NCBI GenBank assembly: GCA_965644315.1
Contig: CBFFRQ010000204.1
Span: 1 to 13,982, forward strand
Source of the DNA: Caecitellus pseudoparvulus
Lineage: Eukaryota; Protista; Bigyra: Bicosoecida
Length of the DNA: 13,982 nucleotides
Direction: 5' to 3'
Shown here piece after piece: positions 1 through 7,884 of this stretch. The position numbers and the translations under genes are program-made. Under the pieces are notes generated by a model. It was not told the DNA's origin. It did not search any database and was given only the letters and a program-made list of their open reading frames with translations. How positions within the stretch are numbered: position 1 is the stretch's first letter; each line of letters starts with the position of its first letter.

Positions 1-718
1 ACGCACTTGGGCCGGCGACATGACTACTCTCTTGTCCCATTCCTGCGTGAGTTTAAGAGGAGTGCCAGGTCATCGCACGGGCATTCACCCCGGACGGTCA
101 AGGGAGGGGGCTGGGAGTCCATTAAATGGGGGTGGACGAATGGGACTAATGGCTGGTACCCTTGGGGAAGGTTTGGGGTGCAAGCTGACAGCACGTATTC
201 CATGGTCTTTGACAATGGTGACAGCAAAGGAGACATGCTTGCTCTGTTTCATCAGGCGTCGTGGACGTTTCGTCAAAGACTGGGCGGTACCGAGAGGCAG
301 CGGGAAATGTCGCTGGCAGGCCTGTAAGGCTTTGAGACAGCTTGTGGGGCACAGGGTGACGAGGGCCGGGTGGAGCAGGACGTACACAATGTGCGCGGGG
401 ACAATGTGGAGGCGCGACTACCATTACTTGGTCTGTTTTCGCTTTCAGCTTGAAAATCAGCCCAGTATCAACGTGGAGTGTGCGATAGTGGACGGCGGTC
501 CGATTTCGCAAGATGTAGGAGACACCGAGGCACGCATGCAAATCGTCAAAACGTGTCGCAAAATACACAGGCAACTTCATCCATGCAGAGCATGTGGACA
601 GCGTCTGACACAGGGAGAATGATTCCCGACATGGTGCCCAAGGAATGAATTCATTGTCGCCTCTTGTTTTCACCACACTCACCTCACACTTGCTCCTCAA
701 GGAAGCGGGCCGGTGCGT

Positions 719-743
719 CGAGAATAAGTTTATAGTCTAGGTA
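719..743 (+). repeat. Left terminal inverted repeat
   Basis: CGAGAATAAGTTTATAGTCTAGGTA. Its reverse complement TACCTAGACTATAAACTTATTCTCG matches 6143..6167 at 24/25 positions. It is an AT-rich island in GC-rich DNA. Confidence 0.9.
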
Positions 744-764
744 AATTGTCGGGTGACAAAGGTG

Positions 765-777
765 GCATTTGGACACT
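765..777 (+). repeat. Left subterminal inverted repeat (partner 6056..6068)
   Basis: GCATTTGGACACT is the exact reverse complement of AGTGTCCAAATGC at 6056..6068. Confidence 0.7.
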
Positions 778-1045
778 CATGAACTTGGATTTGATCTCCT
801 TCACTTGGCGCCTTTGCCCCTCTCTCCTTGACCGTCACATCGTTTTGAATGTACCCCCCACCTCCTCCGGTACCAGCTCCAACGGGCGCCCCCACTGACC
901 GAGGAACGACATTGCGCTACCCAGGCCAGGATGCCGCGAAGAGCCCCAGGGGTGCTTACAACGCACTGTATCAAGGTAGAAAGGTCCAAGGCTTCTGAAT
1001 GTCAGCTTTGCTCGCTCCGGGCCGTGGCCATTGCACAAGGGTGCC

Positions 1046-1328
1046 ATGCTCCACGCAAGGGCAGTAGCAACTCAACCTTCGTTGACGGCACTCACTACCA
1101 CTGCTCCTCTGACGTGTGTTTTTGGCGTGCAATGGCGAAAAAAGGATTTGAAGCTCACTCCTGTGGGGCAGGACGTGTCAAAATGGCAGCAGAAGGTGCG
1201 TACTCGCGTCTTGTGGTGCAAACGGCGTTTCGCCCATAACGGCAGCACCAGCTGCGAGCCTTTCCGTACCACAGAGCAAGATGCAGACACTCTGGTGCCC
1301 CATGAAGCACCACAAGGGCATGAAGAAG
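1046..1328 (+). CDS. Putative upstream coding exon of the transposase
   Basis: Open frame (MLHARAVATQP...FGVQWRKKDLKLTPVGQDVSKWQQK...PQGHEE) ending at AAG|GTGAGG (1329). A phase-1 GT-AG intron 1329..1408 with a pyrimidine-rich CCGCAG acceptor joins it exactly into the transposase frame. Confidence 0.4.
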
Positions 1329-1431
1329 GTGAGGCTGAAGCTTCTCTCCTGTTTCCTGCAGGCTCTCAGCTCGTACCTGCAGTCCCCCATGTCCACCTCT
1401 GTCCGCAGGCCATCCTGGTGCCCAGAGCCCC

Positions 1432-4400
1432 TTGGAGGTTACAGTTGCTTCGGTCTCGGTCGAAGACCTGTCACCAGAGTCACTGGCAGAATCAACGTTG
1501 CAGAGCCTGCGCCGCAGCGTTCCGCTGGGGCACGGTAGCACGTGGTCCGACCAGGCCCTGGCCCAGTCTGAAGCTATTGTTCACAGGTGTGCCCCAGCAG
1601 CCTCCCACCTTCTCCTTCACGGTGACATGAGTCCAGGCGAGCTCACCAAGCAGTGCTCTGCACTGGGGCCCGCTGAGCATTGCCTCCCACAGCCTCCTAG
1701 GGAGGTTCTCGTGCCCACCTGTCCAGCGGCGCTCGCCGGGAACATGAGCACAATCCTGACCGTGTTAATGGCATCGCCTGCCAAGCCTGCCACTGTTGAG
1801 CTTGTCGGGTCGAGCGTGATGATGGTGCGCGCTGCCTTGGGCAGGATGGCGCTCCCTCCACAGCCTGGGGAGGGGCTTGTGCTGGCCTACATGGCAGACA
1901 AGGCAGAGATTGGGATTGCGGCCGCGTTGCGGGACGCACAGGGACCCGTGACTGCCGCTCTTCGGGACAAGGTCGGCAGCATTGAAGGTGGCTTGGTGTA
2001 TCGAACCACAGACCGCGAGGAGGAGTGTGTCGGCGAGCAGGGTCTCCTCGGGGGATACACACACACCATCCACGAAGACAAGTGGTATGTCGAGAAACCT
2101 GAGCATGCTGCGGTCGCTGGCACAGTTTACAAGCATTTCATTCCTCACCAGAAGCAGCCCCCAGAGCGGCGGATTCAGGCAGTTGGCGTCGCTGCCGCAC
2201 ACCCAGCTCTGGGGAGCAGGTTCGATCAGGCGGATGAGGAGACCCACAAGCTGGTCGAAGGACCCATCCCCTGGACACCTGACGGGCACACCTTCCCCGA
2301 CAGCGATGCATACCAAGCCAAAGCCGCAGAAGGGGGGGTTTCCTTTCGGTCAGCCATGGCAGCGCGTGCTGAGGAGCCATGGACAGGGGGGGCCGCAGCT
2401 GCAGAGGCTGGCCCGCTGCCTGAGAAGTTGACTGGGATGCTCAGGAACATGGAAAAAGAACTAAAGGAAAGTATGGCCCCAAGTTCGACGGCCGCTCCTT
2501 TGCGAATGATGTCTGTCCCGGTAGACGGAGGCTCAGACGGACGCCCTGTGGTGCCCTGGGGCATGTGTCCCAACGCGGACACGGCCGGCACTTGTGCCTG
2601 GACAACAAATGGGATACAGGAGTGTACGCAGTGTTTGATTACTGGCATGCGTGGCGTGCAGTCGGTCAAAAAGGTCAGGTACACCTGCCAGAAGCACGGT
2701 GCCTCTGTCCTTGTCGGTACGCAGAAGTTCTGGAAGCTCAAGGACCGGCTTTTCCCCGAGCAGCAGCAGGACGGTACCCCCTTTCCCCATATGGAGGGGC
2801 GCAGGCTGAACCTGTCCATACCTTGTGCACTTGCTGGCTCCCTGCTCCTGGATGAAGATGCAGCAGAGAGTTTGTGGGAGTGCTACGTCGCGCACCGTCG
2901 CGAAGGCATGGCCAAGGTACAGGATGCATTCTACAGAGACCTGATGCACCCTTTTCGGGACACGTTTAGGAAGTGGAAGAGAGAGCTGCGACAAAAGTTC
3001 TGGTACCAGAAGGACGATGCCATTGGCAGGGCCGTGGCGGGGATCGTGCGCCGCGTGAGGACCCCCATCGAGGAGAGGCTGCAGCTGAGCACTGGTGTGG
3101 AGGCTTTGCGAGATGCTGTGCTGCATATCTTCCATGTCACAGTGGAGCCACACGTCAGTCTGTACGAGGAAGCCCTAGCGCGCTTCGCTGACACCATCAG
3201 CGTGGACTGGACCTTCGCATCCTCCGCGCGGGTGCACGTGGTTGGTCCGAGGCCTGGGCAGCATGACAGCATGCAAGCAGCTGACGTGCCCCCCGGACCT
3301 GATGGGCAGGAGTACGACGGAGAACATCCAGATGGAGATGATGATGAAGCTGGTGAAGACACAGGCGATGCGCAGGCCTTGCCAGCATGCACCGGGGATG
3401 GCAGTGGTAGCACTGCCACAGCAACTCGGGCCAGAGGCACAACCCGGTGGCGGGTAGCTCCCTGTATAGCCACGGTTGTGGGGCGATACGGCTTCATCTT
3501 GCAGCGTCCCATGCTCACGGGCCACGAGAGTGGGGCCAACCTGGCCTGGGTCCTGGACTTTTTACTGTGCAAGCTGAAGGGACACCTGCGGGAGCGTGGC
3601 CCGGCGGCGTCCCACCCCATCGTCATCACAGTGGACAACCTCAGGACCCACCAGCACACCCTGCAGAAAATCATCGACGTGCACTTCCCACTGCTAAAGA
3701 AAGGCGTGGTGCGGTTCGCGGTAGACCCGTGGCACTTCGCCAGCCGCGTGACCAAGACCATTCCCAGCAAATCCGTGCACCAAGATGGCAAGATGATGTC
3801 AAGGCTTTGGTTTGACACTGTACACTGGATACGGACGCCCCCCAGAACGGAAGTGTCTTCGCGCTTGATGCTGCCAGAGCGAGACATTGATCAGCAGTTG
3901 AATGACCTGCCCTCTGCAAGGGAAGCGATACAGGGATTCAAAGCTTGCGCTCATGCTATCCTTGCACGCAAGCCCCTGAGCCAGGGACAGCAGGGGGTGG
4001 TCAAGTCCTTCCTTGCCAAGTTTGGGTGGGCTGTGTATGGGCCAGCGCGTGCAGTTGGGGCTGCTGCAAGGCTTCGCAAGCACGTCCCCCTCGCCTTGGC
4101 AGCTGTGTGTGCCGCTGCTGCCGGCATGCTGCATCGCCGCTCCCGTGGCCAGCCATTCACTGTGACTGCTGAAGGCGTACATGAAGGTGAAGGTGCCGTT
4201 CCCATGCTTCCTCTGCACGTGGGTCCAGACAACGTGAGCCAAGCTCAGGCTGAGCTGAAGCGGGTTGCCAAGCTCTTCGAGGTAGTCTGGGCGCCCCCCA
4301 GCGAGAGTGGTGCCACATCTGTTGTACGCGGTGCTCCCACCCACGGCATCCTTGAGAAAGGATCCCCCTACGCATTGACTCGATCCCGGGTCAAGGCCTC

Positions 4401-5232
4401 ATGCAAGAACTTAGTCGGCATTCAGGGTCTGATGAATGGGCGGGATGCGGTTCACGGCGCGACGACAACAGGGGGAAACGAAAGCCTACACGCTGGGATG
4501 CGAGACATGGTGACGGCAGGGACCTCAACCCGCCTCGATGTGGCCAAGATGAACCTGACACTGTACTGGCTGGAGAGGAACCAAGCCACTGCTGCCAAGC
4601 TGCTGTCTAAGTACACCAACTCGCACAGTCGCAAGCGCGAGACCCGATCCAAGGCGGGCAAAGCAGCAGACAGCTTGGATCTGCTGTCTGCGTTGTGCTC
4701 TAGTGTCACTGGCCTCGGTGATGGAGAGATCACTGCGGCGCTTCAACGCAACCCAGTTCCACCCGCTCCACCATCCTTCGAGGAAGTCGAGGCCTCTGGT
4801 CTGCCCCTGTACCACAGGGCCACCTCGTCTGTCACCCCGGAGTTAGAACATGAGATTCGCCAGCTGTTCCTGGAGGAGCAGCAGGCACGCAAGGATGGGA
4901 CCTGCCCCTACAGTGAGAGAACGTTGGTATCACGGGTTGCCTCTGCAGCACACGCAACGGAAGGACAGGTGAGGAAGGTAGCCCAAATGATGCAGGCGGA
5001 GGCAGCTGTCCAAGATGAAGAGGTCAAGACTCAGAAGCAGAGTGGGGCCGAGACAGGCCACGAACGTGCGGGGGCCAAGGTTGGTCCAAAGGGTGGGACG
5101 GCCAAGACAGAAGCAAAGGTCGGTGGGGCCAAAACGAAAGCTCGCACTGGTGGGAAAAAGAGGTCCATGGGTAATAAACCCGTGCGAAATCTGTCAAAAC
5201 GGCCGCGGCGCACGAGCGCATGCGCTTTCTGA
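1432..5232 (+). CDS. DDE transposase, Dada/DUF6729-like (MULE-hAT-P-Kolobok-IS256 group)
   Basis: 1266-codon ORF with no disruptions. Motifs in order (ORF numbering): zinc finger CPx7C...NG...RYTCQKH (2566..2697); ISVDWTF (D592, nt 3205); ATVVGRYGFIL...LTGHES; PIVITVDN (D735, nt 3634); HFPLL; VDPWHFASR (DxxH, D765/H768); TTGGNESLH (E1017, nt 4480); helical HTH; Lys/Arg-rich NLS-like tail (GGKKR, SKRPRR). The TTG start is doubtful: the first in-frame ATG is at 1627, or the exon is entered by splicing at 1409. Confidence 0.82.
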   Translation: MEVTVASVSVEDLSPESLAESTLQSLRRSVPLGHGSTWSDQALAQSEAIVHRCAPAASHLLLHGDMSPGELTKQCSALGPAEHCLPQPPREVLVPTCPAALAGNMSTILTVLMASPAKPATVELVGSSVMMVRAALGRMALPPQPGEGLVLAYMADKAEIGIAAALRDAQGPVTAALRDKVGSIEGGLVYRTTDREEECVGEQGLLGGYTHTIHEDKWYVEKPEHAAVAGTVYKHFIPHQKQPPERRIQAVGVAAAHPALGSRFDQADEETHKLVEGPIPWTPDGHTFPDSDAYQAKAAEGGVSFRSAMAARAEEPWTGGAAAAEAGPLPEKLTGMLRNMEKELKESMAPSSTAAPLRMMSVPVDGGSDGRPVVPWGMCPNADTAGTCAWTTNGIQECTQCLITGMRGVQSVKKVRYTCQKHGASVLVGTQKFWKLKDRLFPEQQQDGTPFPHMEGRRLNLSIPCALAGSLLLDEDAAESLWECYVAHRREGMAKVQDAFYRDLMHPFRDTFRKWKRELRQKFWYQKDDAIGRAVAGIVRRVRTPIEERLQLSTGVEALRDAVLHIFHVTVEPHVSLYEEALARFADTISVDWTFASSARVHVVGPRPGQHDSMQAADVPPGPDGQEYDGEHPDGDDDEAGEDTGDAQALPACTGDGSGSTATATRARGTTRWRVAPCIATVVGRYGFILQRPMLTGHESGANLAWVLDFLLCKLKGHLRERGPAASHPIVITVDNLRTHQHTLQKIIDVHFPLLKKGVVRFAVDPWHFASRVTKTIPSKSVHQDGKMMSRLWFDTVHWIRTPPRTEVSSRLMLPERDIDQQLNDLPSAREAIQGFKACAHAILARKPLSQGQQGVVKSFLAKFGWAVYGPARAVGAAARLRKHVPLALAAVCAAAAGMLHRRSRGQPFTVTAEGVHEGEGAVPMLPLHVGPDNVSQAQAELKRVAKLFEVVWAPPSESGATSVVRGAPTHGILEKGSPYALTRSRVKASCKNLVGIQGLMNGRDAVHGATTTGGNESLHAGMRDMVTAGTSTRLDVAKMNLTLYWLERNQATAAKLLSKYTNSHSRKRETRSKAGKAADSLDLLSALCSSVTGLGDGEITAALQRNPVPPAPPSFEEVEASGLPLYHRATSSVTPELEHEIRQLFLEEQQARKDGTCPYSERTLVSRVASAAHATEGQVRKVAQMMQAEAAVQDEEVKTQKQSGAETGHERAGAKVGPKGGTAKTEAKVGGAKTKARTGGKKRSMGNKPVRNLSKRPRRTSACAF

Positions 5233-6055
5233 CCGGCCAAGTTTCACGGGAGTTTCACCCCAGAACCAGTCCAACAAAGACGGCCTCCAAACCCACAAAG
5301 AACGAAGCAGTTCTGAGCTTATTTTACGCCTCGAAATGTATGCCACCAAATAACGCTTCTTGCAGGATTACAGCCATCCCGTACTCTACCGCACCCTCTG
5401 TGGGTCCACATGGAACTCGGCCAGGGAAGAGTGCCAGATGAAACGCCACGCCGGGCCGTTTGCCGAGTCTCCTGAGCACATGAGGCAAGCAAGAAGCCTA
5501 CCATACCTTTGAATATTCTAAAGCCTCTTATTCTTTTCCATTGATACCCAGTTTTGATGAAAAGATAGTGAAAATTGAGTGTCTGGAGGTGGATGAAGGG
5601 TAAGAGTTTGGAGTCACACGAGAAGTAGATAATCACTCCCAGGACAACAGCTTGCACATCCTTCTATCGCAGTCTACAAGACATTTCAACACATTCAATC
5701 TGGCTAGAATGCATCATATCTACTTAAAGACGTACCCCCTTGACTCTTGTTGCCGCAAGTGAGCTCCTGAGTGTGTACTAGGTGCCGGAGCCTCCGGGGC
5801 GGCTGATCAAGTTCCGCATTCCGCAACGGTCGGTGCTGATTGGTGGTTTTCTCGAGAGAGAGACGATCAGAAGATGCCTTAACTACCAAGACACAAGATC
5901 CCGTGAATTCATGGACTTTCGGTTTGGTTTCACTCATGGGGAGCGCCTGGATGGTCCTGTGGGACAACGCAACAGTCGAGGACAATGTTGCCCACCAAAA
6001 CACGTCCCAAACTTGCCTCAATATCAAGCAAACGGCCCATGCAAGTGAGCGCAAT

Positions 6056-6068
6056 AGTGTCCAAATGC
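6056..6068 (-). repeat. Right subterminal inverted repeat (partner 765..777)
   Basis: AGTGTCCAAATGC, 13/13 inverted match. It sits 74 bp inside the right TIR, whereas the left copy is 21 bp inside the left TIR. Confidence 0.7.
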
Positions 6069-6142
6069 TGTTTAAATTCTTTGCTCTTGGCCCCAAACAC
6101 AGCTTCACACCCCAACACTCACTTCTTCGCGGAGAACTATCG

Positions 6143-6167
6143 TACCTAGACTATAAACTTATCCTCG
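6143..6167 (-). repeat. Right terminal inverted repeat
   Basis: TACCTAGACTATAAACTTATCCTCG, the inverted copy of 719..743 with one mismatch (6163). Confidence 0.9.
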
Positions 6168-6306
6168 TTCACACGTGCACCGTCCACCTGCCTGCCGACA
6201 GCTCCTGCTCTGGGGCCAAGCTGATTGTGGACATGAGCAAAGCCAGCTGGAGTGAAAGCAGGTGGCTATTGTTTGAGAATGGTGTGATTTTGAGCAGGGA
6301 TTGTCA

Positions 6307-6460
6307 GGGTGTCCGGCTCCGCACCCTCCGGGTGTCCGGCTGAAGGGGGCCTCCGGCCCCTTCGTCCAGCCGTCCCCCCCCACCCCCACACGACCGCCTC
6401 CCCAGCGCCCGTGCGCCACCGCGGCACGCCACAATCCCCACCAGCCACTCCCAGCCACCT
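6307..6460. repeat. GC-rich short direct repeats, hairpin and C-tracts
   Basis: GGGTGTCCGGCT at 6307 and 6330; hairpin GAAGGGGGCC-TCC-GGCCCCTTC (6342..6363); several C-runs; CCAGCCAC at 6441 and 6451. Confidence 0.5.
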
Positions 6461-7884
6461 AACCAAACCACTTGCATGCATTTCCTGGCCATCCCCGCCA
6501 CTTTGAAAAGTCACTCACAGTTGACAGGCGTTCGCGCAAAAGTTGCCACCCGCGAAGGATCGGTGACGGAAGGGGGTACCGTTGTGGAGCCTTGAGCCCA
6601 CACGCAATGTCATCTCCAGCAGAAACATGGATATTTCTAGTAGCAATGCCGAAATTGTGCTGTTTTATTGTGTTGGTGCACCAGTGACTTGTTTCTCGCC
6701 GCAAAGCCAAGAGAGCGTGTGGGTCGTTTGGCGAAGGCAGCAGGTGCAGAATAGTGCACGCTTCACGCTGAAAAGCTTGTGCGTGCTGATCCTGCTCGAC
6801 TAGTTGACTACAGGAGAAAATGGTGGGGTTGAATTCATTCTGGTGTCCTTGTTTGGTGAGCAGCTTGTGCGAATGCTGCAGGGTGCCTCTGCGCGCTGGA
6901 GTCATCAGCCGCACATCTCAGAGCTAACGTGCAAGCCTTCGCAAAGAGGCAGGCAGGTGTTGAAGTTAATTTCTGTTGGGAACATTAAGATAAAGTGCAC
7001 TTGCATGCGCTACACTGCTGATAGGAAGAGCAGCTTCCGAGACAAAGGCCGCAAGCCGGGCGGTGTTTGTGCGGCGCAATTTCCGCACGAAAGCCACGAC
7101 GCACACAGCTGAAGAAGGATTGCAAACGCTTTCTCCGCACACCCTTCATGAAGTACGGAGACCATAGGTCAACAATCGTTCATTCTTGATTGAACGGGAT
7201 CGCTCTCCCCTCCGGGAAGCGCGACCAGGAACTCTGCGTTGCTGGCAGGCATCCAAGTGTTTCTCCACCGTGGAGCTATTTTCAGGCCGCACAGCGGCAA
7301 ACGACCCGGGTGCGTGGAGGCTGAACTTCAGAATGCCTTCAGAGGCTAGAACGATGAGCAGTGTCTTTGTGTGCAACTCTCCACAGGGCCGGCGAGCAGA
7401 GGTCGCCATCACTCACGCACATATCCAACCTGTGCATCATTCACGGAACTCCACTTCCAGAGTCACAGCAGCAGAGCTTGCATACATGGAGCCAATTGAA
7501 TTTCACTCGCCTCACCTTCTCCGCATCGCTGCACTTGCACCCCTTGGCTCAAGTAAGTACAGAATGCTGGAAGCGCAGCATCGTGTGCTCGAAAGCTGCC
7601 CCCGCCAAGTCCCGCTGCCGTGTGGCTGTTACCGGGTACCTGTGCTGCTACCCGCCGTATCCTTGCTGTGTCCTTCACCATAGCATGGTGGCCCCCTCAC
7701 ACTCCTCATGTAGCTTGTCTTTGCCGGTGGTCCTCCTGCGTGGGGCCTGCCCTTCACCCGTATTGAGCAGCCCAAGACACATTACATTGACTCGCGTTTC
7801 CGCAGCTTCCGTGATCAGGAACAACCCTTCAATGCAAGAGTTGCTTCAAGACTGTCCAAGTGCACCGACAGCATTCCAAGGAAA

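Larger units (their letters stand above)
719..6167 (+). mobile_element. Autonomous cut-and-paste DNA transposon (Dada-like DDE/DxxH transposase) bounded by inverted repeats
   Basis: The long transposase-like ORF lies between inverted repeats 719..743 and 6143..6167 (24/25 match), with a second 13-bp inverted pair inside them. Exact termini are uncertain: if the outer CG is a 2-bp target duplication the element is 721..6165. Confidence 0.78.

Noticed and set aside
1-622. Overlapping short ORFs, possibly terminal exons of an upstream gene
   Set aside because: Splice-like sites exist (324 donor, 448 acceptor), but I found no recognisable domain and no single consistent gene model.
1027-1136. 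10-bp inverted repeat GCCATTGCAC / GTGCAATGGC containing the U1 snRNA loop-II-like ATTGCAC (of interest because some Dada elements target U1)
   Set aside because: No U1 5' end (ATACTTACCTG), loop I or Sm site is in register, it lies inside the TIRs, and a 10-bp match is plausible by chance.
685-6174. 13-nt mirror repeat CACACTTGCTCCT (685..697) vs TCCTCGTTCACAC (6162..6174) near both element ends
   Set aside because: It is reversed without complementation, which no known transposition mechanism produces; treated as coincidence.
7544-7553. TTGGCTCAAG resembling the 3' end of the dinoflagellate spliced leader
   Set aside because: Only 10 nt match and the upstream CCGTAGCCATT is absent.
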